From the human T2T-CHM13v2.0 reference genome, Homo sapiens: 64,000 bases of DNA. The position numbers and the translations under genes were made by a program. Within the stretch, counting starts at the first letter, position 1. Each line of letters starts with the position of its first letter. The notes below the pieces were generated by a model. That model did no database searches. It was not told the origin of the DNA and worked only from the letters and a program-made list of their open reading frames with translations. The stretch lies in assembly GCF_009914755.1 (NCBI RefSeq), contig NC_060929.1; one strand, written 5' to 3'. Positions 38,848 to 52,013 of the stretch are shown here, one piece after another.

Positions 38848-39518
38848 TAGGGGGTGGGGTCGACATGGGGAGAGATCTATGGCTGTGGCTGTTCAGGACC
38901 CCAGGGGGTTTCTGTGCCAACAGTTATGTAATGATTAGCCCTCCAGAGAGGAGGCAGACAGCCCATTTCATCCCAAGGAGTCAGAGCCACAGAGCGCTGA
39001 AGCCCACAGTGCTCCCCAGCAGGAGCTGCTCCTATCCTGGTCATTATTGTCATTATGGTTAATGAGGTCAGAGGTGAGGGCAAACCCAAGGAAACTTGGG
39101 GCCTGCCCAAGGCCCAGAGGAAGTGCCCAGGCCCAAGTGCCACCTTCTGGCAGGACTTTCCTCTGGCCCCACATGGGGTGCTTGAATTGCAGAGGATCAA
39201 GGAAGGGAGGCTACTTGGAATGGACAAGGACCTCAGGCACTCCTTCCTGCGGGAAGGGAGCAAAGTTTGTGGCCTTGACTCCACTCCTTCTGGGTGCCCA
39301 GAGACGACCTCAGCCCAGCTGCCCTGCTCTGCCCTGGGACCAAAAAGGCAGGCGTTTGACTGCCCAGAAGGCCAACCTCAGGCTGGCACTTAAGTCAGGC
39401 CCTTGACTCTGGCTGCCACTGGCAGAGCTATGCACTCCTTGGGGAACACGTGGGTGGCAGCAGCGTCACCTGACCCAGGTCAGTGGGTGTGTCCTGGAGT
39501 GGGCCTCCTGGCCTCTGA

Positions 39519-39722
<204 letters not shown>

Positions 39723-39921
39723 GACCGGCCAGATGAGGCTGGCCAAGCCGGGGAGCTGCTCTCTCATGAAACAAGAGCTAGAAACTCAGGATGGTCATCT
39801 TGGAGGGACCAAGGGGTGGGCCACAGCCATGGTGGGAGTGGCCTGGACCTGCCCTGGGCCACACTGACCCTGATACAGGCATGGCAGAAGAATGGGAATA
39901 TTTTATACTGACAGAAATCAG

Positions 39922-39992
39922 TAATATTTATATATTTATATTTTTAAAATATTTATTTATTTATTTATTTAAGTTCATATTCCATATTTATT
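39922..39992 (+). promoter_or_regulatory. CSF2: CSF2 3'UTR AU-rich element
   Basis: taatatttatatatttatatttttaaaatatttatttatttatttatttaa, the prototype class II ARE. Confidence 0.95.
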
Positions 39993-40018
39993 CAAGATGT
40001 TTTACCGTAATAATTATT

Positions 40019-40024
40019 ATTAAA
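40019..40024 (+). terminator. CSF2: CSF2 polyadenylation signal
   Basis: ATTAAA just after the ARE. Confidence 0.85.
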
Positions 40025-41138
40025 AATATGCTTCTACTTGTCCAGTGTTCTAGTTTGTTTTTAACCATGAGCAAATGCCAGTGGTGCCTGCCTTCCCATG
40101 AGGCAGGGGAGGGAGGAAACGGGGAGGTGGAGAGGGGGCGGGGGCCTCCCAGGCGTTGGGCACTATCCAAGGGCCAACACTGTCAGAGCAGAGGGGAGGT
40201 GAGAGCCGGGCATAGGTGCGGAATTCTGCACACCTGGACGGGCTTCCCGGGATGCTCCAGGGCTCCCACCCCAGAGAATGGCTCTCAAGTTCACCTGGAA
40301 GTCCAAGTGACCAGCCCAGGGAACTCTTATCCCAGAGAAGGGCACCACCCTTCCTGGGGAGGCCTGGGGGTTGGCTGGTCACTGGCTGAACAGGCCCACT
40401 CTGGCATCAGGCAAAACACCTGCCCTGTAGAGGCCTTGGCCCCTGTGCCCCACGCCCTGCCCCTCACACTCTGAGATTTAACCATTCCGAAAGTAAACAG
40501 CAAAATAGACTAACTGTTCAGGGGAAAAGAAACCAAACCACAGGGGTCACAGTGCAGCGTATTTACCAAACTTGCCCCAAAATGGGTGATCTTAATCTCT
40601 GAGAGTCAGAATGTAAGGTCATAATTTGTTGGTACATGGCTGTAGTGCCGCATGTTTCTGAATTGGTTTTTATTTTTACATGAAATTTTGAATCTAATCA
40701 GGCACTTTCCCCTAAAACTCATGGCCTGCAGGCTAAAAACAAAGTAGGCCTCCTCCTTCTCCTTACTTTGACAGCTGGGCTCAAGGCCTTGTTCCTGAAC
40801 CTGTTCCCTCATCTCCCTCCAGGACTATGAGGAAGTGGATGTGCCCCAAGTCTTAGGCGGGCAGCAGGGCCAGCTTCTCCTTGACAGGTGGGCCTAAGGA
40901 AGCTGGCTTGTGGCAGCTTTAGCCCCTGCCTGGCACTGTCTGCAGTCATGCGCCCACCACCCCTCTTGCTTCCTCTACTTCAGTCAGCACCTGCAGACAG
41001 CGCCAGGCCTGGCCAGAGACCCACTCCATGCTCATGCAGAAAGACCGTGACTTCAGGTGTGATTACAAATAAGAAGTCAGGGTGAACGCTCAGGATGAAG
41101 CCTGAGTGTCAGCACAGGCAAGAATCCATGAAGTGTGC

Positions 41139-41260
41139 TGTGGTTGTTGAAAATGCATGAAAATCACATCTTGCCCAGCGATAAGGTCCTCTCTGTCTTC
41201 CGCGTAAGCCAGTGATGACTGATAAGAGGTTTAGCATTTCCTTAGCCTCACATATATAGG
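41139..41260 (+). promoter_or_regulatory. Promoter of the KK34-like pseudogene
   Basis: RUNX TGTGGTT 41139, GATAAG 41180 and 41221, CLE0-like CATTTCCT 41235-41242, TATATA 41253-41258, accATG at 41331. Confidence 0.7.
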
Positions 41261-41330
41261 TACCCCTCTCCACAGAAATGCTGCCAAGCCCAGGGCTCGG
41301 ACCAGCTTGGAGTCACCTTCAAGTAATACC

Positions 41331-43075
41331 ATGCACCTGTACGTGCTCCTGGCTCATGTGCTCTGGGGGTCAGAAAGCCATTCTTCCCAATGAAAGTAGC
41401 CACGATATCTCCCCACGAAAAGTACACAGCAGTCTGTGCTGACATTCAGAAAGAACTCTCGGCTGACAATAACACACACAAGATAAGTCTGGGTCTCCAT
41501 CAAACGTTATTTTGCTCTTAGTGCCCCTTTGTGCTCCTGACCAATTTCTCTGGCTTCCGGGGTCCCTTCAATAGGCCCCAGAAAACCAGTGAGGTAAGAA
41601 ACAGCTGCCCCGGGACCTTTCATACCACATTTGAACAGGGAGAGAGAGATCTCACCAGTCAGTGCCCAGGGAAGAGATAACAACAAGGGATAGTGGAGTG
41701 AGAAATCTGGGAGAAAGCTCAGAGTGTGGGGATGGAACCTCCAGCTCAGTCAGCAGGTGAGCCTCCCAACCAAGTGCAGCCCTGAGCCCAGGGAGAGACC
41801 AGATGCCCATTGCCTCCACTGTTTGGCCTGCGAGACCCACAGGTCTCCTTGTGGGAGAATCAGGGTAGGGCCTGAGCTTGGGTCCAGGGCTCCTTCCGGC
41901 CAGGTTGACCAGGGATGGATGAGGCTGGGTCATCTGGTGCCCTGCTGTGCACCAGAGCCCTGAACCTGTTTCAGGAGCTCTGCTATGAGGAGTTTACAAA
42001 GAACTTTACCTTCACCCTGAAGAGTCTCATTAACAAATATGACAAACAGGACCATCACATAACGAAGGTTTACATGGACATGGAATAACTCATCAAAATC
42101 TGCCCAAAGCTGAAAGTACATTGTTTGCTGTTTGCTCTTAGCAGAACCTGAGACATCATTTCCCTGCACCACAGCCAGGGGCCCAGTGAGGCAAAGGGCT
42201 TTTATACACCCTGACTGCCACATGCAAGGTCTCTGGTGCTACTCCTAGGCCACAGGTGGCTATCCTCTGGAATTGTCTCCAATCTAAAAGAAGTCTACTC
42301 ACTGACACAAGGTGGAGGGTGGGGAGTGCAGGGCTGGGTGTGAGGAAGTGGGGATTCAGAGATTCTCAGGGTTTCTGTCTGTGCTCTCTGCCAAGCCCCC
42401 ATGCACAGGGATCAGCATGGGATAGGTCTGAGACAGGTCAGAGCAGGACTGGTCATGGACTCAGGCTGAGGTCATGGACTTGAACTGAGAACCAGTGCAA
42501 GCTTGCTCCAGTTTGCCCTGTCCTTGGGGCCTCTTTTGGATGATGAAGCCCACTGAGAACCCATGATGGGGGGATGAGCAGCAGTTTGCAGGGGCATGCC
42601 TGGAGAAGTGACTGAGCTGCCTCCCCCTCTTTTCCCACTGCTCAGACAGTCCTGGGTACTCCTCCCAGCCTGCTTGTCCTTATGTCCCTGTCCTGGACAG
42701 CCACGGGACCTGCCTATCCTGCGGGCTCCCTCTCCAACACTATGGATAGTCCTCAGACTCTGGACCCTTCCATCACCACACAGCCCCTGTGCCCTCCCTC
42801 AAACAGTTGGGGAGGGCTGCCAGTTACCTCCTAGAGGATGGCTGGAAGGACAAGCGTTTGCTTTTATTTATTCATTGTTTTTCCTACTAAGAAGATGACT
42901 GAAATGTGTATTTCTCGTTTAGCCAACAGACTCACCCAAGAATGGTACTATTGAGTAAAGTCATTTCTCCAAGTTCAAGGAAGCCTTATAGAGTGTTATC
43001 ATATCCATAGAAGGATGGAAATCTTCTAAGAGGATCAAGGGCAGCCTCTGGGCTCCTGCCCTCTCCCGAGGTTAG
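41331..43075 (+). pseudogene. Four-exon IL-5/GM-CSF-family cytokine pseudogene, probable human KK34 remnant
   Basis: E1 41331-41482 MHLYVLLA/fs/CALGVRKPFFPMKVATISPHEKYTAVCADIQKELSADNNTHK; E2 41561-41593 GPFNRPQKTSE; E3 41975-42115 ELCYEEFTKNFTFTLKSLINKYDKQDHHITKVYMDME*LIKICPKLK; E4 42923-43075 PTDSPKNGTIE*SHFSKFKEAL*SVIISIEGWKSS... All junctions are phase 0. Confidence 0.88.
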
Positions 43076-46000
43076 CACTGCAGGAAATTGATTGGAAAAG
43101 CATCAGGAACAACTTACTGCTGGGTTGGGGTGTGAGTTTGCTGGCCCTGGGCCGGCAGACAAGGGTGTGGGTGGGTATTGGGGGTGGTGGTGCCTGGGGA
43201 CACATTTCTGTAACTGACACCTGCTGCTTCAATAAGGCCCAGGATGTGGAAATGCTGGTGAGTGAGAGTCATGATGGAGTCCAGCCTCGTGGGGATGCAG
43301 TCCTGTTAGACTGCAAAGGGTGGAGGCGATGGCTCCATTTCTGGGCTCCATACCTGGAGTTCCACGGGTCTCTCAGGAGAAGTATCTGGCCGTGGATGAG
43401 GCAAATGGGACCCCACCTCATCTGAACCCCCACTGCATCTCCAGTGCCAGTGGGCACACAGTAGGGGCTCTATCAACTTGTTATGCCCCCCTTCTCCTTG
43501 TGTCCATCAGAACTCAAGATTTCAGGTCCTTTCCCAGGCCCGCCTCCCCAGCCTCAGTCAGCACCTGCCCACTCCAGATCCAAGTGCCAGGACTTGAAGA
43601 TCAAAGCTCTCCGTCCTCTGTTCTGTATCATAGCTCCTGGGGAGCTCTAAATCTAATCCAGCCCTGCCACCCCCTCAAGGCCCAGTGCGGCACCACAGAA
43701 ATGTCAGCCCTGGTAAATGGCTCAGGGGAACAGGGCCTTTCAGGTGACTCACAGAGCACTGGGCACAGTGTGGGACCTGGGGAGGAGGGGGCCCACAGAG
43801 GCCAGGGACATCTCCAAACCCCTGGCTTCCTCTGGACCAACAGAGTCATCTGACCTCAAAGTAAAATCTCTTTCTTGGCCTGCAAAACCGTGGCCAACAC
43901 TCTCCTGTGTCTCCATGGCATGACGGCCCCTCCATGACTAGTACCACCTCACACCCGCAGAGCACTGGGCCCTGCCTGGGGTGAAATGCCAGTTGCTTGA
44001 GTCCTAAAGTGCTGCCAGACTGGGCTACAAAGCTCTGACCCCCTACCCTTAGCTCTAACTTGAATTCTAAACATTTGAGTTTATTGGAGGCAACTGGGAT
44101 TACTCCACAGTCCACACAGCTTCCTACAATCCAAATCTCTCCAACTGTGAGTTTCTCCACCTGACCAGGACCGATAAAGACCCATTTGTTCTGGAACATA
44201 ATTGTTAAGTTGCAACCACAACTTAGCCCAGGCCAGACCTGCAGGGAGTTTGCCACATCTGCCCATCGACAAACCTGCCCAGCTGTAAAGCTTCGGACAG
44301 CACCTGCAGCCATGCAGGCCAACCACACACCTGCCCACCCCATCCCTTGCCCTAGGATCCCAAGACCCCCACTGCTCATCTCCACCTTGAGGGAACACAT
44401 CAGTCTGGAGGTCAGCAACTGTGCCTGAGAAAAGTTGCCAAATCATCTAGAACATGGAGGGTAGCCCTGTGATTCAGGATCAGATGTCAGGGGCTAGTGC
44501 AAGGCCAGGGTCCAAGGGTGGTTTCAGTCCAGAGAAAGCCCACAATCCAGTCACCAGAGACTGTAAGCTCTTGTCCCTTGGGTGCACCACCTGGGTGCTC
44601 AGAGGTCCCAAGGCTCTGGAGTGTATGAGGTGCATAGCTGGATGGCGCTGCTGGGACACTCTGGCAAGGAGACCCTCCACTTCCCTGCCCCAGCCTCCTC
44701 TTCCCTGCCCCAGACCTCCTCCAGGCATGAGGTCTCCTGACCTTGAGCTCCTGACAAAGCCTGAGGTACCTGACAGTGGGGGTGGGGAGCATAGACGTAT
44801 GTCCTTTTCACCTCAGTGCCACGTTCAGCACAGCATGGTACATGTGAGACTGGCCTGCCACTAGCTTGTTGTGTGACCTGGGACAGGTACTTCAGTCTCT
44901 CAGCCACAGAGTCCGCAAAGGTGGGGTGAACTCCAGCCCCAGAGGCCAGATCAGAACTCAGGTCCACGGTTTTTATCCAGCGAAAGGACCTCAGGGCATC
45001 TGGCTCAACTCTGGGGAAACTGAGGTCAGAAGGGTTGACAGGGAGCTTCTGGTACCTCTTCTGGTAAACAGGGAAGTTGGAAGGGGCACTGGTGGGAAGC
45101 TGGCTGTACTAAACCAAGTGACTGCCCTCATCACCCTGACAGCCTTAACCCTTGGTCAAAGTCACCAAACAGCTACCCATGAAGAGACTGCAGTGACGGC
45201 CACCTGAGTTTTCCATGTGCCCTTGTTCTACCGTCAGGTAGACTCATATCTGGACAGTGGGGCTAGGGAGCCTGCTGGGGGCTGGAACCAGGTGGGAGGG
45301 CCATGTGGGTACTGCACCTGAGACTCAGGCAGGCCTGAGCCCACAGCTCCCCAGAAGCCTGCTGGCATTGCTGCTTCAGGATCTCAAGATGCTGGCCTGC
45401 TGGATTCCTGGAGCCCTGGGCTGGATACCTGGGCCCAAGAAGCTTGGTCTTGACTCCCAATTGGCTGGGACTGGCCCTGGGTACTCCCTTTCCCAAGGAG
45501 GCCAAGAAATAGGTCCAAACAATATTCTTCCGTAGGAGACAACTATAGCAGGCCGGGCCCTGAGGAAATGCTCTAGACTGGGAGGAAGAGCAGGGCTTGG
45601 TGGCCTGAGAAGATTCATTCACACATCAAGACCTCTCAAGACAATGGGATAGCCCCTCCTTTCACATGGGCCTCCCAAGGACCACCTCTACTCTCTACCA
45701 CCCTCCGTGTCCTCTGTACTCTCTCCCACTACAGAAATCAGTAGCATTGAGGCTGGAACCAGAAATCTAAGAAATACGCTAAGGCAGCAGGGCAGCCCTC
45801 TCTCATATGCTGGGCCTTGAGAACCAGCAGCCCCACAGCAGTCTCTGTCACAGTCATAGTATGGCCACATCCTTTGACTTGGCATTCATACCCAGAGAGA
45901 CCACACATAAGGAGGGAAGCTTCATCCATGGAAATGGCCAATCTGTCAGTCTGTGAGATGAAATGATGGGCATGAAACTAACAGGGCAACGTGGAAGGGC

Positions 46001-47574
46001 ATCCCTGAAAGGTCCAGTATGGCGTGGCTGCCAGGATAACCCCATGTGGGCCAGGGACTGGAAGGGAATTGGGATGATGACTTGGGAGGTGGGATGGCAG
46101 ATGAGCTTTTCCCTATGGCTTGATCTGAAGAGAGGGGCACAGTGCCCAGGTCAGCGGCCATCACGTGGTCCCCGTGCTTATAGAAAATTTCCATCCTCAG
46201 TGTCCCTGGCTAAATGAGATTCTCTGTGGTGTCCTTGTGTCAACTGATTCCACAAGTTGGCTGTTCGGCCAAGATGCTGAACATCTTGATTAGCTTACAA
46301 TGAGGCAGGTTCCCTCAAAGGCCCACAGCATTCCTGCCTGGGCAAGAGCCAAGGTGCCTCTTTCAGCACAGACAGCAGAAGAGGCCTGTCTGCTCCTCCC
46401 GGACAGGCAGAACAGCTCACAGCATGGCCTGAGAGGGTGCAAGTGCTGTCCACACATCCTCAGTTAACCTCACACGTTAATGCCCTGTGCATGGAGTCAC
46501 AGATAGGGGGCTACCCATTTGGCCTGCACCACGCCAGCCCCAAATGGACAGGACTGGCCCTGGTAATCAGATGTGCTATGTTCTGGAGACTTTACTCCTG
46601 GTTCCTGGCTGCCTGCATATGTATGTGCTTGGTAAGCTGGGTCTGCATAATTGAAGTGGAGGGCAGGGGCTGCAGGCACCACACTGTGCTGTCCCAGGCT
46701 TCTGAGCCCGCTGCTGGTTTGTGCTGAAGGCACATGGCTGGTGTCCCTGGACCCAGCGGCTCCTGCCGTGGATCCTCCCACTTTGTTACATGGGCTTCAC
46801 AAGAAATGTGATGCGTGGGTCCCTCTCTGGCCTGTTTTCTTATCTGTGAAGTAGGGGTGAGGCAGAAATGGAAAGACCCCAGCCCAAGACCAGCTTGCCC
46901 TGACACCATTAAGACCAGGCAGATGCAGAGTCGGGAAAACCTGTTGCTGCTGAGAACACCCTGATGCGTGCCCTGTTCCTCAGAGGGGTGGGGAGGCCAG
47001 ACACTCATGGCATGCAGTCTGCAGAGCAAGTCAAAACAGGGGCAGCCCCCAAGATGGGAGCTGGGGGTGATGAGCAGCCATCTCACCTACTGTCAGTGCT
47101 GGAAGCTCCCCAGCCCCAAGGCCCAGAGAGGGCAGGGACTTCCTCAGGACCACACAGGAGGTAAGCTAGACAGAATTGTTGAGCCTGGCCCCACAGAAAC
47201 CCCCTCTCTGGGTCCTCTAAAGGGCTGCTGGACACAGGCCTCACTCTTGGAAACAGTTGACCAATTTCCCTTCTGTGAGGGGACCCTGCACCATGACTGC
47301 CAGGAAAAATGCAACTTCAAAAGTTATTTTTCACTGTGGTTTAAGAAAAGAGCAGCGAAACAGTTTCATGTTGGTGCTGCTGATGTTATCTCTGGCCCAG
47401 ACCTGCTCTTTCAACCTGAGAGATGATTAATTAAAATCTTTCTCCCTTTTTTTGGTCAACCTCAAGGGAAGATCAGCACGAACTTCCCAGGCCCTTCCGT
47501 TAACATACCACCTGGAAGTTCAGCACTTCCTTCAAAAGCCTGCAGTTCTTGTGTAGGTGGAGAAAAACCTTTTA

Positions 47575-48480
47575 AAAAGTTATTTTCATTTTTATTGCAA
47601 TATTGTACAAATGAAGTGCACAAATCTTAAGTATATCGTTCAGTGAGTTTTTATATTTATACCTATATAAATAACTGGCACCCAGGGAAACACATACACC
47701 ATTTTCCACTACCACCAAAGCCTTCCTTGTACTTCCCTGCTCCTAATCAGTATCCTCCCTCCAAGTATAGCCACTATTCCAACCTCTGCCACCATAAATT
47801 AGTTTTGCCCATTCTTGAACTTCATTTAGAACAGAAGCATGTACTATACCCTTTTATGATTGACTTCTTTCATTCAACGCTGTGTCTGTGTAATTCTCTA
47901 GTTATTGCCCATCATTGTAACGTTATTTTTCACTGCTGTATAATATCCCATTATAAAAATATCCTAAAATTTATTTCCCTATTCTGGCCAGGTGCAGTGG
48001 CTCATGCCTGTAATCCCAGTACTTTGGGAGGCTGAGGAAGGAGGACTGCCTGAGGCCAGGAGTTTGAGACCAGTTGGTCAACACAGCAAGACCTCATCTC
48101 CACAAAAAAATAAAACAATTAGCTGGACCTGGTGGCGCAGGCCTGTAGTCCTGGCTACGTGGAAGGCTGAGGCAGGAGGACTGCTTTAGCCCGGCAGTTC
48201 AAGGCTAAGGTGAGCTGTGATTATGCCACTGCACTCTAGCCTGAGCAACCGAGTGAGAACCTGTCTCTAAAAAAAATTTTTTTAATTAAAAAAAAATTTC
48301 CTATTCTACTGCTGACAGACATTTGGGGTGTTTCCACTTTGGGGCTAATATTAATAAAGCTTCACTGAATATTCCTGCACTCATGTTTTGGTGAGCATAT
48401 GTTTACCTTTCTTCTGGAAATGCTGGGAATGACATGGAATTGCTAGGTCATAGGACATACATATTTTAGCTTTAACTAAA
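47575..48480 (-). mobile_element. Old L1M 3' fragment, interrupted by an Alu
   Basis: aagtgcacaaatcttaagtata...tagttttgcccattcttgaacttcat...ggaattgctaggtcatagg. Confidence 0.75.
47986..48296 (+). mobile_element. Alu (AluJ-like)
   Basis: Diverged dimer; candidate TSD tttccctattct / tttcctattct. Confidence 0.9.
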
Positions 48481-48537
48481 TACTAGCTTTAGCTGCTGGC
48501 AAATATTTAATATTTTCCCAAGGAAAAGTCTTTCATT

Positions 48538-48840
<303 letters not shown>

Positions 48841-50913
48841 TCATGAACAATGTTGCTGTTGGTTTTCCTGCCTTTTGTAGACACTGCTTATCCACCAGAC
48901 ACTGGAACTCTCTTCTTCTTTCATATGATCTGAGCCTGCTTCCCAAATGCTCCCATCATTACCAGAAATTCTTCTCTGCGTTGTTTACTCCTGCATCTCC
49001 TTTTTGGGAGAGGTAGCTCACAAAGGGCCCAGTTTGATGTGGCTGTGGATGGTGTCTTGCCAGCACACTGTGGAGTGCAGCCCTTATCTACAAGGTCTCA
49101 GAGCCTCTGGGAGGCTCCAGGTAAACTGTAATGTTTTGCTATCCTATGTGGAGAAACCAAGTGGAGAGACCTGGGTACTGTCCTGGGTTCCTCTTGAGGT
49201 CTCGGTCCCTTAGTCAGTCCCCTGCCATGTCCTGGTACATTCATCTTCCCAGCCCCTTTCCAACCTGCCCACTTCTCTTTGTCTTTATGGCTTTGCCCTG
49301 ACCCAGTCCACCTCACTAATGCAGACAATCACCCCAAATACCCACAGGCCTTGTCTCTAGACCCTTCCTGCTTCTCTCCCCACAGCAGCCACCCATTAAT
49401 TCATTACATAAATATGTACTGAGCACCTACAAAGTGTCAGGAACTGTGCCAGGCTCTGAAAGGAAACCAACCCTTGAGGAGCTTACACTTTAGGGGTTAG
49501 TCTGGCTGTGTGTCATAAGGGTTACCTGCCAGCTCAGCATGAACTCCAAGCCCTTTGGTCTGACCTAAGACCCTCCCTTACTGCCCTGGCCCCGTCAGCC
49601 CCTGCAGATACCTCTAGCCTCATTGCTCACCATCCATCTCCTTCATATCAGCCCTGGACCCCAGTAACACGAACCAGCCACAGCACTCCCACCATCACCT
49701 GCTACCCCTGCCTGGAATGCACCCCAGCCAAATGGTTGACATCTGTCTCCACAATGGGGTAAGACTAATGTCCAGTGGGAGGTGGAGAGGTCCTGCACTG
49801 GGGCCTCCTCTTCCTCAACACCTACTCTGAGGCTTGCCTGCCCACCTCTTACGCCACAGGGGTGGACTGTTATCTGTTCCTCAGGGGACTGTGAGGGTCT
49901 CTGCTCTGAACTACTGCTTTATCCCCCAGCTCGGAGGAGGGCCCCTCATGGCATCAAGTGCCAGCAGTGACTATGTTCCAGAGTCTGATGAAAGTGAGCC
50001 TCTTTTCACCTTTGAATAAAAGAAATGCACACAGCTTTTACAGAAGTCCGGATGGAAAGGCAACATCCAATTTTCCAAAGTTTAGAAAATGTTCTTGGGA
50101 CCAAGATCAGCAACAGGCTATAAGCAGGTACTAAGTACACAGCCAGGGCTGTTGTTTTCATTATTCTTATCAAAAATAGCATCTGTGAGGGAGCCAAGAG
50201 GAGGCCCTTGGGGCCATCCAGGAGCCAGGGGAACTGGGAGCCCAACACCAGCACAGCTGCCAGCTCTTTTTCCCACTTAACGGATTCGGGAACCATCTCA
50301 AAGGAAGCTGCAAGAGGGAGGGAAGCCCAGCTCTCTGGGAATGTGTCACACTTCCTCCAGTTAGGCCTGGGGCAGCCCCAAGCTCTCCTGATGGAGGCCC
50401 TGGCTCCTATCCAGGCCTCTTCCTCTACCAGACTGGATAAGGGTGAGGTCATGTGCTGGGGAAGGGAGGCCAGGGAAGCAGCAACTGGGTTGGAGCCAGT
50501 CAGAAACAACACAATAACAGGATAACTCATAGTCTCCCCTCTCCCCTTACACTCCAGGAAGCTGTCCCTGAGTGAACTCCATACCCCTCAGGTCCCTTCT
50601 CCCACTGGGACCTCTCTGGGGCAGATTCTGTGGGTGCCTCTTAGTCCTCAACTGAAATGGAAGCTCTCTCTCTTCTCAGGGCTAGGGGAAGCACTGTGAA
50701 TCAGACAGACCCTAATGCCTCCTCTCACCAATCCAGTCCTGGACATGGGCAGCAACCAGTGTTGGAACCCAGGTGGAAATAAGAGGAAGCTGCCAGAGCC
50801 TCGAGCCATACCCTGGGCCATGGTCACACCAAAGGTTCTTGTGCCTATGGGGCTGAGGGACAGAGATATGCAGCCTTGGGCTCTGAGATCAAACAAAAAT
50901 GGGTGTGGGCCTG

Positions 50914-51061
50914 GGTCCCCAAGTTACAATGAACCCCCCTGTTAGGAAGGTGCATCTGACCTTAGACTCTGTCAGGCTGAAGGACCAGGTCCCCAAGTTA
51001 CAATGAACCCCCCTGTTAGGAAGGAGCATCTGACCTTAGACTCTGTCAGGCTGAAGGACCA
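50914..51061. repeat. 74-bp tandem duplication, 73/74 identical
   Basis: Units 50914-50987 and 50988-51061 differ only at aaggTgcatc / aaggAgcatc. Confidence 0.95.
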
Positions 51062-52013
51062 GGAGTCACAAGCAGACAGACAGACACAGCAGGACCATGA
51101 CAGGGGCAGACAAACAGATAGGCATAGCTCAGGCTCCTGGCAGTGATGAGTAAACGGACAGACACTGATAGACAGTTAGACTCAGCGAGAGCCTGGAAAG
51201 GACAGATGGAGAGACAAGAGGGAACGCTGGCAGTGAAAGACTGACAGACATAGAGGAGATGGCGGACTTGGCAAGAGCCCCTGGCAGGGACAGACAGAGA
51301 CGCAGTTGCAAGCTGTGGTCAGGTTAAAATGTGGCCATTCTGTCTCTGAGCTCAGCCCCTGACTGCAGATCCCGATTCTCTTGGAGGTTCCTCCTCTTGG
51401 CACTGTGATCAGAGACTTTGTGGGACTCTTGGGACCCATTTCTCCAGGACTACAATGCCCTCAACCCCACAAGTCCCAGGAAGGTAGTAGGCTGTGGCCC
51501 TCACTGTCCCTGGAGTCAGACTCAAGAATCAATCCATTCTCCTGGTTTTTTCCTCCCCTTCCTGGCCTGTGGGGCAGAGAAAGCCTCCTCGACATCTCTC
51601 CTGGGGCCACCTACTCCCAGCATGGTGGCTGTGCTTGTCGTGGAAAAGGTCTTTTTAGGAACCACTATGAGTCCGGACTCTGTTGGCACAGGGGGCGGTG
51701 CCCAGAAGAGGCTATAGTCCGGCATTTGCACGACTATCCGAGGATGTTGAGCTCCACCTGGCCGCCTTCTCTTCTCACCACCCCTCATGACCTCCAGGCC
51801 CCAGAGGCCTGAGGGCCTAAAAGGTTTTGACCCAGGGGAGCAATTCCAGGCCAGGTGAGGATGGGGTGATTAGTCCCCTTCATAGCTGCAGAGACTGAAG
51901 CTGACTTGAACACACTCTGCTCTGAGGCTGTAGGGTCCAAGAACCCCCCTGGGGTGAGCTGAGGTTTTTCTACTTTCAGGGGACCGTTGTGCTGAAAGCA
52001 TGACGAGGCTGCC

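Noticed and set aside
41930-42223. 97-aa hydrophobic minus-strand ORF
   Set aside because: It is the antisense shadow of KK34-like exon 3 on the + strand.
42142-42248. Alternative exon 4 for the KK34-like gene (ETSFPCTT)
   Set aside because: Would need a 26-nt intron and a phase change, and lacks the helix D FxxFKExL motif present at 42965-42988.
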